DNA from: Zygnema circumcarinatum SAG 698-1b
Taxonomy: Eukaryota; Plantae; Zygnematophyceae
Assembly (NCBI GenBank): GCA_037447605.1
Contig: CM074805.1
Location: forward strand, 3,381,361-3,445,360
DNA: 64,000 bases
Direction of reading: 5' to 3'
The translations under genes and the position numbers were made by a program. Each line of letters opens with the position of its first letter. Within the stretch, counting starts at the first letter, position 1. Below are positions 46,513 to 58,664 of the stretch, piece by piece. The notes beneath the pieces are model-generated. The model was not told the origin of the DNA. It made no database searches and worked only from the letters and a program-made list of their open reading frames with translations.

Positions 46513-49500
46513 ATGATCACACAAATGGATAAGTTTCTTGCGGCGGGTAGTTGGAGCTCTCTCGGCGCAACTTGTATCCGTGATGATGTAGAGCCGGCTT
46601 TGAGCCGCAGGAGGAAGCGTGTATTTGCAGACGCTTCAGTACTTGCAAAATTCAGAAATGAGGATTTTATCCAGCCATATATCGGACAGTTTTCAGATGT
46701 ATGGCAGAAGGAGTGTCGGAGTTGCGTAGTTGAAGTGGACATGCCAGGAATGAAGAGAGGGAGGCCTTTTAGTAGAGTTAAGTTGCGCAGACGGCAAGAG
46801 GGAGTGCGGGTATATGCAAGAGATGCAAAAAAGCACCAGGGCTTCGGCGGCTCACAAGTCAAGAAGCAAAAGGTAGGCGTCAGAGTGGTCTGCAACGTAT
46901 ACATTTAGGAATTGTCAGCAATTTGAAAAATTAATAGCGAGTTTCATTCTCATTTCTCGGTGGCCCTTCCTTCCTCCAGGCTCCATCTAGCACATTTATC
47001 AAAAGGATTGCAGACCTCCCTGCCAGAATCTAAACCAAACAGTCCATCGTCCATCAAAGATTTTTTGCGAATTTTTGATACTTTGGTTTGGGAAATTCAG
47101 CTGGAAAAGAGTGTTTCCACTGCCAGTGGGGCATTCTGTGACCAGTGAAATACGAACTGCCTTCGAAAAAAATACTCATGTCGTGCTGTCGCAGAAACCA
47201 CCAAGGTTTTAGTCATGTCAACCATAATTAAAGGACTTACTGTGGCTAAGTTTAAATATAGTCTATTTTTTTTGTCAAACGTGAGATTGATAGTTACTTT
47301 TTGCATGAACATGTTGATATACATCTTGCGCCATCGACAACGACTGACCAATTGAACTCGGGCTGGCGGATGCTTTGCAATGAAGGGGCGAAAATTTTCT
47401 CCGAATACGTCAAAGAAGGACGTCAGGTCAGCACCTGAACCTTAAACGTTGTGCACTTACCTGCATTGGTAAGTATTTGTCTAGTTAATTTGTCTAGTTA
47501 TCATCTGATATTCTGGTCACATGTCATGCTGTGAAAGTGCTAAATTGGTGTGTTTCATTGAACAAGAAGCGCATAATGTGCTTGCAATTTGGAAACTTAG
47601 TTTGTTGGAGAGATCGCAACGATTCTGGCAGATGAAGGTGCGGGTTTATTGTTCTATCCGTGCTTACTGCTTGAATCGGTGCGCATTCAAGCACCAGTGG
47701 CCTTTTTTGTAGCAAAGTCTCCTTGTGAGGTGCAACTTGTGTATGCTTTACAGCGGGTGAATTCTGCTCGTCATGTGGAGTGTTGGAGAATGTTTTACTA
47801 AAGCGGGCAAAAATAAGTTAACACAGGAAATTGAAGTTTGGCCCCTTTTCGATGAGGAAATCCAAATGTCTGAAGTGGATGTCGTTAAAGAATGCCGTGC
47901 AAATGACAGGTAGTCATTTTTGAAGCAGGCGAAAAGCTCCGCTTTGTGTGCTTTGTTGCAGATTAACTCCGCTGCAGGAAACCATGATGGTTGAGGCCTT
48001 TTCGATCATTGAAAGTGAAAGTGAACCTTACTTTTGTAGTCTAGAAGAGGTGCACGAGCGCTGGTTAAGAAGTCCGGTTTGGAAAGAGTTTGGTTTCCAG
48101 CCTTCGCGAATGTCAGAAGCTCTCCATTATCTCAAGCTGCCCGATGAGATGTTGCCCTTCCTGCTTTTGACTTTTAGCCGAGTTTATCTCCAGCAGCGCT
48201 CGAGGTATGGTGCTGGATGCTTTGTTCCCCCCAATTCAGTGGTTGAGGTCTAACTGGACTGAACTTTTGACTGGTTGTATTGAACCTCAATGCGTCACTG
48301 TCCCAGTAAGCAATCATTGCAATCTGTTCAACCTTACATTTTGTGTAGCTAACACCGTCCGAGTTCGACCTGTGCAGGAAAGACCCTCGCTTTTCAGTAC
48401 TTGGGGTTGGTGTGCTGAATGTGGTTGAAAAATCAGTGGCATCTACACCGATAGGTGTTAACTTCCATAAACGACTTATTTCTACAATAGCGAGATCCAC
48501 CACTCTCTGGCCGTCCCATTTACCTCTACCTCAGGATTACGTGCAGCTTCTGAACTCAATTCATTTTTTCTCTCCGGACGATGTGATTCTGTTCACTGAT
48601 GAATTTCGGAAAAGGGCAGTTTCAGGCTTCGAAACGCAACTGAGGTGTAGTTCTCCGACTCAGTTCAATGTTCAAAATCTATTCGCAATGCAAGTCCTTA
48701 AGTCGGACTGGCAGCCACTTTTCCCGTCTTTCCCTTCACCGTTCTGTTCGTCTCGCAAACCTGCGCCGCGCTTGCTCGTACGGCTTCAAATATCTCCCTT
48801 CGTTTTCGTTTCCTGAAAGACAGTAGCTGTTGTGGACCTTTTCTAGTTGGATTGTGTGGCTGTTCGACCCTTATGGGGACATTGTATGGATGGAATACAC
48901 ATGATGCAGGAAACGTGAATACTCCAATCGTATGGAGGCTGCATCAGTAGCCTTTTTAGCATATCTAATCGGAGGAATGGAGCCGGGTTCGTCAGGCTCC
49001 CCTGTCACAGTGAAGGCATTGCACTTTGCGGACGAGATGTTCCCATGTGGACTTTTCGATAGTATTATGTCTACATTCAGCCCGGAAGTGAACCTAATGA
49101 GACTTGGCGAGCTAAGGTACGTACCTTACAAGGGCTTTCTGCAAGAGAAGGAAGTTTCGGAGTTGGCTGGAGAAAGTTTTCTGTTTGCTGATTACCGGTG
49201 GTAGCTCCTTTGCACAAGCCTGCGTAGGGTGTTGGGTTTTTGGAATGAAGGGAGTCTAGAGACTGTTGTCTGCTAAACCTGCAACTCGCGTTTGTCCTTT
49301 TGCAGTATTTGGAACGCTCTGCGGGAAGAGGACAAAAACGAAGACTTGCAGTGGCAGGAAGCGCAAGGTGATCCTCTCCTCTGCTTACATCCTTTACGGT
49401 TATGTGTGTCCATGAAGAGAAAGTTGACTGATTTAATTGGCGAATGTTTACGAATTCGTATGAAGTTTGTGACTGGGGCAAACTTATGGGATGCTTGAGA

Positions 49501-50560
49501 AAGAATATCAGCAATGCAGTTATTGATTTGGCATTTAGGAAATGTGGGAACCGAGCTCCTTGCCAACCAATGCTTCACATTCGTGACTTAACTGCCTCGG
49601 ACGAGTGGTTTGATCCAATTACAAATGCATGCGATGCTCAGTACTGAGAGAAGAGTGATGATTTGATATTACTTATCAATTGCGGACTCATTGCCACTGT
49701 CATGCATCTATACATCCTTAGTTGATATGACTATGTTTGCGTAGTTTTTGGTTTCACCTAGCCAGCTGAATTGTGCTAGCATTTTGTGGAATGATCTTTA
49801 ATCGATGAATGCTGAAACTTAAGTTGAAGCTGGCCTTCTTGCAACTTCTTGCAACTGGTTGTGAGGGGGTCCGTAGGAGTTAGGACACAAACTCCACCAG
49901 TCGATAGTTGAGGGTATAATCTGTTCGAGTGTTGCTGACTGACTGAATCTGCCCGTAAATCGCGATTTTGCATTCTTCAGTAGCTAGCTATTCCATGAGT
50001 TGCTGAACTCTTAGGGTTGTAAGTCGTTAACGTGCGAATCCTTCGTATATTTTGAGTCGCATCGATCATCCGCTCCATCTTACTATCCCTTACGTATTGT
50101 GGGCCGACTTGTTTCCTTGTGCAGAGGTCTGTGGAGGAGCTTTGAAGATAAGAAGGTGTGGTCTATTGATTTGGAAAGCTGGGAGTATTGTTTTGGACGG
50201 AAATGCAGTCGTTGTTCTTGTGCATGCAATGAAGCGAAATGTTGGCATGAGCGGACCAGTCGGAAGTGCAAGTGTTCGACCGGAAATTACATAGTTTCTA
50301 CAACAGCTTCTAAATTTGTTAAATCAGCAAGTTTTATCCTTGAAACCTAGGCCGATTACCCATTCAGGCTGTGACTATTCTGGATTCGTTCCTGATCTTG
50401 ATATGCTTTGACTGAAACTGTTTGTCATTGCTAATTGAGCTCGAGTTCTTTGACTGATGAATCCTCCTTTTTGCAGACACAACACATTCCGTCCTATTTT
50501 TAAAAGAGTGGATGGTGGTGATGCAAGACCTGGGTTTGCCATGAGCGAAGCAGGTATTTC
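46513..50560 (+). CDS. Multi-exon coding region of unknown function (may be the 5' part of the PIN-domain gene)
   Basis: Several open AG..GT-bounded segments (e.g. ~47980-48205, ~48380-48450, ~48535-48645, ~48910-49095, ~49305-49370). No domain recognised. Confidence 0.55.
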
Positions 50561-50906
50561 CACAGTTTTCTTGAAGAAACTAGACTATTGTGTTTGCTTT
50601 GCAGTCTTTGCTTGCACAAGCCTCCTACTTTCTTCTATTCCACTGTTTTGCCTTACGGACACATTTTTTCCCACCTTCTTTAGGATCAGTCTTTGCGAGT
50701 ATTATGCCATTAGCGCGCTTTGGCCGACAGATTTACATGTGCACACTCCTTTTATGCTGTGTATGTGAAATTGATACCAATTTGCGACTTTAAAGTGTTG
50801 ACTCTCTGTCACCCTTCAGCTTTCTCTATGGAACCTGTGGACAAAAACAAGTCCACAAGTACGAAATTTCTGGCGATTGAATTTCACAGGTTGCTGAGAA
50901 AGGAGG

Positions 50907-53900
50907 TTGGCTCCTCTACAAGAAAAGTTTAGCATTCGAATCCAAATGTCTGATTCACTTGGCGGAAAATGCTTGGGCCATGCAGGATTGGCTGACCGGC
51001 TCTTTCCGAACCAGAAAGAAAGTGCAATACTGGTCGAATTTAGGCGAGTTCTTGGGAAGGCGATGAGAGATGATGGCTCGTTAAAGGTTACAGAAGCAAT
51101 GGTGGAATCGGACTATAGCGAAGGTCAAGATAGTGCAGATTCTGAGCAAGAGTCCGATAGACATCTTGAGTTGGGAGCAGCAGTTGCTAAGCAGGATTCT
51201 GACGCTTTAGATGACGCATCGCCCTTAAGGAATGGAGCTCTGTCTCATGTTGGGAGGGAAGTCGAAGCCATATGCGAAAACACAGAATCGTCAATTCCCA
51301 TACAATTTGAAGGACGTCTGAACGGAGGAATGTCGTCTGCTGGTGAGGAGGGCCTGGCTAACAGAAAGTCTCAGTTGGAATTGGGAGATAGTCAGACTTC
51401 ACTGCCTGAAGAGTCTGGCGATGCTTTGAGGGGGGGTGAAGTTAAGACTGAGTTTTCCAGTGGAGGCAGAGAAGGGCTTGGACGAGTCGCGATGGAGGGA
51501 AGGGTGGAGCATGATGGAACGGCATGCAGAGGCAGCCATGGCGACATGAATGGAGATAACCAAGTTCCTGTAAGGGGAGGCATGAGAGAAGCGGAAGCCA
51601 CGAATGCACCTTCTGAGAGCTGTTTCTCTCCCTGGCCCTCTCATGCTGAGACTGTTACGAAGGCAATTGAATATGACGAAGATGTTCCAGAAATGAGCAT
51701 TGCTTCAGACGTAGTTGAAAGTGAAATAGAGAAATTTGAGCAGCAGACGAAGGTCCGCAGTGAGGACCATAGCAGCGGATCAGCACCCGGAATTCCCACC
51801 CCACAACTTTCAGAAGATGTGAAGGAGACCGTGGCTGCAGCGGTCTCAACTGCAGTTGATCAAACCAGCTTGACAGAAGCATATGACGTATGTGATGATG
51901 AAGGCCCCCCTGTCGTTACTAAAGCTTTTGTGTCCCAAACGACTATACTTTTGACCTTAGCTTCTTGGACGTCATCGTTCGCTTTCACTTTCGTCTTCAG
52001 CCTACCACCTTTACCCTATGCACGAGCCTGTAGTTATTCATGTCTATGCGAATGCATTGTCTGAGGAAATAAAAGCCATCAAACTACATACTGTTGTCGT
52101 TACACAGCATTTGCAGTATTCAGGAGTATCCGGCCGTTAGCCCGCGTCACAGATTGTGTTTCTATGCAGCGTGTCAGTTTAACTACAGTCTTTGTACATA
52201 GAGCCCCTTCTCAAAAACATATTTCACACAGAGATGGATAACTTCTTGAAGCCAATTTGGAGGACAGGCATTTGATATAGAAAATCAAATTGCTGATTCC
52301 CTTGTAATGTAGGAAACTGGTGACAAACTTTATGGTCTGTTATGGAGTTCTGCAGGTCTCCTATGCTTCACAAATGTGGATGCATGCAGAGCATGCGTAT
52401 TTGCGGCTGCGGCAATGTGTCGGCAGGTCAGTGTAGCAGCTGCACTCAACCATTGCTCTATGGTTTCTGCCCTTTCAGAACCGATCCATGGGATCATCTC
52501 TGGAAATCCACTTTTGCTCATCTTGTGCTTTCCCAATACCAGACTACTCTAACGTTAGGGTTTCTGCTTTGTTGAATGTACGATCATGGCCAGCGTCCAG
52601 TGAGTTCCCTTGATGAAGTTGCCCTTTCCCCTTTTTTTTTTTTTTTTTTTTTTTTTTTCGTTGCAGACCCTACGAGCCCTGGCAGCGGGCCATGGCGTAC
52701 ACCGCCTCGTACAGCGGAATCCAAGAGCGCGTGGTCCACTTCCTCATGGCATCGGAAGATGACCACTTCCTAATCGAGAGGGGTGTCATTATCAAGGTGA
52801 GTTGAAGGCATCTATTGCCTCCTTGTCTTGCTGAATACCACTCAAAAGCAAGCAGACTTCACACCTTTGAGCCCCTTGTTTCAGCACTTACCTTCGTACT
52901 TGTCAAACTTGAGTCTCATGCGTAATGTCTCCTTTGCTTCTGCCAATGACCGCGTGCCCTGTCATGCAATTACGCTTCTTACTAACCAACAGTGAAGCAG
53001 GACTCTCTTGCTGCAAAGGGGCCGGAGCTGCAGTGCCTCAGTGACCCTATCAATGATGATAGACAATGATTGCTGTGCCATGCAGCAAGCAAGTATGTGA
53101 GTCAATGGACGTTTCACACTGCTTTAGGACAGTGAAGGTGGCAACAAGAAGAACTGTGGTCCTATTTCCTCCTGATATCAGTGTTGTAGGTCTGTTTTTC
53201 TTGCAGGTAATGGCAGAGTGGCACTTGGTGCGAGAGGATTTATATTCCCGATTTGAGACGATGTGTTCTGAACGGGGCTTCTCGCTGCCAGAAGCGGAAG
53301 TAACTAAGCTGACCATAACTGCTTGTAAGTCCTCGCATTCGATTCTCCATTTACTGAAGGGAGTTTTGAAGCCTTATTGTGTAAACTCACATTGATTCCC
53401 TTCTGCTTCTCGAGCCAGGTGATGGCCTCCCTCCTGTCGAGTTCCTACCGTCAATACTCAGCAACTTGCGGAAGGATCTCCTTGCTGTACAACACATAGA
53501 GGACTTCTTCAGCAAAAGTCTGACTGTCAACACCCCTTCGTTTCTTCCTCCGCTAAACGCAAGACCGGCTATTGCAGCCGAAGAAACTGCTCAACCTATA
53601 CCTGTGCAGAAAGAGAGGCTTAATGTAGCAGGCAGCCCAACCGGGCAACCCATCCAGATCGTTGACGGAGAATACAGCGATGCTGACAAGAGTGTTGCAG
53701 CTGATAAGCAGTCAGAAGGCAGCAATACAGCTGTGCTCGCAGAGCCCTCTAGGGCTACTCCCTTTGCACGTGCAAGCAACAGCAAGGCCGGAAAGGTGGC
53801 TTGCCCAAAATGCGGGCAAAGACGCTGGTCAGGTCTAGACTCTTCCTGGTATAAGAAGCACATGGCAGACTGTACAGGCAATGCGAAACCCAGTAATGGG

Positions 53901-56141
53901 TATGAGCATGTAGCTCGACCGGACAGCAATGGTGGGAATGTTGTGGTGGGTGCATATGCAACACCTGCTCGATCGGAAGGCTCGGGAAACCAAGGCGAGG
54001 ATGATGCGTTTGAAGTACGAGTTCTTCAACCGGCGAAGTTCGGTGGAGAGACTTCAACCTCAAATTTGGTAACGCGAAGTAAAGAGAGTCACCGTAGGAA
54101 GTGGAAAGTGAGTCGTTCCGCTGCCTCGGCCAGTGGGAGGGATTTGGAGAGGGCAGAGGCTCTCAGGATGAGCAGCAGCAAGGCGTCGGGAGAGGGAGTG
54201 CGGCGGCCGGAATGGCACAAGGATGAGAAGTCGCATTTCTACTATGTGGTCGATACAAATGTGCTCATGGATCCGGAGGAACGAGAACATTTGGCATACA
54301 TTGCAGCAGGAAGAGAATCATGTGCCACACTGGTGGTGCCTTGCGTGGGTGAGTGACTGGCCAGTGATTGAAGGGTTTGCTTTTGTCATGTTTCAATAGC
54401 GAGGGCGAGCTATGTGAGCATAGCAGTCCTGTGTCTTCCATGGCCTTCTATCTTTTTATGAGAGAGTTGAAGATTTCACTGAACTTTAGCGAGAACTCCA
54501 ACGGTCCTCTGACTCATCGGCTACATAGCTTGTGAGAGTCCTCCGTGATTCAATGTCTTGCCCCGTATTGGACTTCACAACCTTCATGTTCAGCCTTCAA
54601 TCCGACAGCCCGTATTGTTTACGGTCTATTATTTAAATGCTAAGATATTTATTCACGTCGGAGTGTGTCATCTTTCATCCAACTTCTGCAGTACCACCAT
54701 CGTCTTGTCTCTGAGCGAGAGAGAAACTAGAACTGGGTTGTAGTAACGTCCCGTCCTGCATTTGGCAGCTTCAGATTTATCACAGGTTCCCTCGTTAGTC
54801 TATTGATCACACTGGCCTACCTGAACTACTGAATCAGTTGCTTTTCCCAAGACCTGGCGTAAAAGAATGGCAAGGTGACAGGGGGAATAATGCAGTGAAG
54901 ATAGTCTTCATCTGTTGCAGGTGCATGCATGCGTAAGTTGATAGAAGTGGTGCGTTAGTTCGCCACAATCCAAAGGTTTCTTTGTGCCTCTACTTCAGTT
55001 TCTTAATGTCCTTTCCCTTTGACGGGTGGACACCTCAGTGGGCAGGGAATTGGAAAGGATAAGCAAAAATCAAAAGTCAAAGGAGAAAAAAGAGTTTGCT
55101 AGCGCTGCATCACGGTGAGTCGGCTGTTCCTTATAGTTCACTCTCATTGACATCATTCGTAATGAAGGTTAATGAAGGCCTATTGATGATTTTGTTTAAC
55201 AGCGTTTTGACCGTAGGCCGCTGTTGCTTAGGACGATGGGACACGCCGCTTTTGCATTCCTCCTTTTGCACTCCTCTTGCTCTCCTCCCCCTCCTCTTTT
55301 GATCTACCTTGGTATTTTAAGGGTTAATCACGATGAAGGCATATTAACGTAACAATACCGTTCACTGCATCTTTGTAGTCAGGAGGGTCTATTTGCCGGG
55401 GTGGACTTGAATAGCTTTTTAAGCAGCCTGTGATTTCATGGATGTTTTATGGGTTCAGTTGGTATAACGTGCTCCTGAAAAAGAAGACTAAGTGGCTGCA
55501 TGCTGCAAACAAAGACGAGATGATACTGGTGAGCTATCATGTTCATACTCGTTTCGAATGATTGAAACTAGCAACAGTGCCGTTTTGCACCCACTGATCC
55601 ATTTTCCATTTGTGGGTCTTCTCCTCGTGCGACGGAGCAGCCTTTCCCATCAACCGCCTGCGTAAATAGTGACGATGAGATTTTGGCGGTCCTTGCTTAC
55701 TTCAACAAGCAACATCCAATGAGGACTTTTCTGCTTACTCACGATCGAGCCATGCAGAACAAGGTGAGTCAAAAAAGCCCATCTTGGATTCTGGCTTCCA
55801 CGCCACTGTTCCTGGGAGAATGGATCTGCCGGAGCCACCAGGAACTAGCAGGCAAGAAGCTTGAATCCCCGAGAGGCAGTGCTTCTGAATGCTCATCCTT
55901 ATCAAGTTCGGAGCCTCTTGTGGGGTGGTCCACAGGCGGTGTATAACTGCAAGCTGGCGTGGCTGCCCCCTCTTGTGATACAAGACGACGGGAGTCCTCC
56001 CCCTCGCTACTTGAAGGCATTAGAGTTGTCTCGGCAGGCAAACAGCTGACAGCGCTTTGGGAGGCTGCAAAGTCTCTGCCTACGGCGGAGTGTGCAAAAT
56101 TTTTTGTCCAAAGGTGCTGCTGGTGCTTTTTGGCTACATAG
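50907..56141 (+). CDS. Protein with acidic low-complexity region, C2HC-type zinc finger and C-terminal PIN (SWT1/SMG6-like PIN_4) nuclease domain, multi-exon; ends approximate
   Basis: CPKC..KKHMADC; YYVVDTNVLM..LVVPCV (to ~54348); GRELERI..ASAASR (~55040-55118); NSDDEILAVL..FLLTHDRAMQNK (~55650-55762); GIRVVS (~56015). Confidence 0.75.
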
Positions 56142-57959
56142 AGAAAGGGCCTTTGCTGTGCGGTAGCAGCGAGCGGCTGCAGTGGAAGGACGCTATAGAA
56201 GCTTCCTTGTTCCTAGTAGGGCTCTCTACTCGTAGAAGATAGAAGGGCCAGACCTTGGCCTGAGGGCCCTCTATATTAGTCGTAGATAAGGCCAATATGT
56301 ACATTTTTGGAGAATACCAGATGGGAAACAACATGAGCTACTTTGCTGCTCTCGTTTTCATCCTTGGCATGGTGTCCCACGTTTGCCGGTGAGAGTGAGT
56401 GTGGATGCTTCAGCTTGTCCAATGAGCCTTATGATTTATATGGCCTCTCTAATCGCTTTCTCGAAAAAAGGAAACAGACGATGGGATTTAAGAACACTGT
56501 TGCGGCTTTGGCGAAGCTTAAAGAAACTTGATTGACTAGTCTGGTGAAAAATAAAACAACAGCGAAGACATAAGATTTTCCTCGGAGCGATGTCCCAGAC
56601 TTTATAACGTTAAAAAGCGTTCAGCAATGCACCTCAGAAAGGAGCGGCGGAGCTTTAATCTGCCTCCCCCTATAGTGTCCCCCAAAATGAATGAGAATCC
56701 CAGGAGTGGAGGGCGATCCTCGAGAAACGCAGTGGGATGCCGACGAGGGCGGAGAGAGCAGCAGCCGGCGGCCTTGCAGGGCATTTTCTCTTCGTTTCAG
56801 CATATGAGGCTCCCCCGTCTGTGCGACGAGCTACTTAAATACTTACTCCGAGGGGCGGAAGTCCGGTAGAATACTGAAACACCCTCGGAAACACCCTCCA
56901 GCATTCGGACCTGCTTCCGTGTAAGAAACCATCTGCAAGCGTAGATTCGACTCCAGTACCCTCTCTTGTTTGGGCCAACGAACATCGACGTGGTCGGTCG
57001 GAGAGCACATTATGCGGGAAAGTGCCTGGCGACAGCAGATAAAAAAATCTATGGCTGAGGGTTGAGGGATGAGTCAACGACGTTGATGGCTTGGTGCCGG
57101 GCTTCTCAACTTTACAAGGTTAGCGCATAGAAGAGATGCGAGAGTTGGTGAATGGAGAATGGTTAATCGGATCAGAACCGGCGTGGGAAGAAGAGCAAGA
57201 GCTTGTAGGAAGGGACGAGGATGAAGATGACGGCGGGTAATCTCGTCAGCGTCGGAGGCTGCAGCTAATGGGCTGGAATGACAGCTGACTGATCTTGAAA
57301 TTGTGGTGTAGGAGTACTCTCACGAACCAGTCAACGTAAGTCTCTAAAATTTCAAACCCTAAACCAAGCGACCTAGGGCCTTTATGCCAAAACCGCGGCG
57401 ACTCTTGTATTCTCAGGTTGGTTATCCGTTGTGCGGCATTGCGATGCAGGTTGCTGCTGATGTGCGGTGTTTCAATGCATCTGTCGAAGTCCACGAAGGC
57501 ACACCAACGTGCGCATCACTGCACGGCCTACACTATACTCTTGAACAGACCCGGAGTTTCTTAAAGCTGAGGAACAGCAAAAGGAAAAAGACGACAACAA
57601 ACATAGAATATACATGTTTATTGTTGTCAACTTTGTGATCAGAGAATTTGGCAAATGCAAGTATCTGTGCAGTTCCGCCAGATGGCTTTTCCTTCTGACC
57701 AGACCACACATTTCCTCAAAGGAGGAATTTCCCCTGCACCTGTACCATAGCTGCGCTCCAGCGCCCTCTTTCAGCCATAGCCACGCCTATCGAAGCAGAC
57801 AATGTGTTCTTGCAGCTCCCCGCCATATCCTGGCCAGACCCAAGCCGGGCCCTCACGGGGGAGGAAGGAACCACGAAAAGCCGTCCCGCTCGCCCGCAAC
57901 GAGCCTTGTATGGTCGGCCGTACACCTCTCTCATGCGGCTTTCGCGCGTGTGACTTCCT

Positions 57960-58395
57960 CTCGACCAATCGCGCGCAAGGAAACGTCGACGTGGCGACGA
58001 CCTATTAGAACCAAACTAGTTTTTTGTTGCCCTTCCAAAGGAGGTCCTCGCGGCCGCGTTCGACCCCGACTCGACTGGGGGACTCGGCCCTTGCGTGACG
58101 TCGCTGCAGGCGAAGCTGAAACGCGTAGCCTGCAAGATCCCAGTTGGATGGAAGATCTCTGAGCGATATACTCGTTGTTGAGTGAAGGCCCGTCCCGGAT
58201 CCGCCCCCCCGGGGGCGCCACACGCGCGCGATCCCACGAGCGTCCGCAGCCGCACGTTCGCCCGCGCGCTGGGAGGGGGCCGGGCGGGGGCAGGCCGCTC
58301 CTGCACGCCTTGGAGCCGACCCGCCATGGCCGACGCGGCAGGAGCTGCCACTGTCGCCTGAGGGAGGAGGACAGGGCCGGCCACGTGGCACTCTC
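57960..58395 (+). promoter_or_regulatory. BBX upstream region with ACGT elements (G-box GCCACGTGGC ~58380, GACGTG ~57988, TGACGT ~58097) and CCAAT
   Basis: Motifs seen directly. Function inferred from light regulation of BBX genes. Confidence 0.4.
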
Positions 58396-58664
58396 TCGTG
58401 CTGGATGCTTGTGGGAGGCGCGCTTGATCGCGAAGAGGAGGGGAGGAGAGTGAAGGTGAAGGGAGGGGAGGGGAGGGGAGNNNNNNNNNNGAGGGGAGGG
58501 GAGGGGAAGCGGAGGGTAAGGGAGGGGAGGGGTGGGAGAGGAGGTAGGAGGAGCTTCGGTGAAGTCAATGGTGGCGGAATGGGATGAGTGGATTGGGGGA
58601 AGCGGCGTACTGAAAGGCCCTGCTTAGGAGGGGCTGTCTCGAGTGAGGGGCGAGGCGGAGGGCC

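Noticed and set aside
58010-58075. B-box-like GTTCGACCCC and a Helitron-like CCTTTGGAAGG..CTAG on the minus strand
   Set aside because: No A box at suitable spacing, no second copy and no defined other end; chance matches in a GC-rich promoter are likely.
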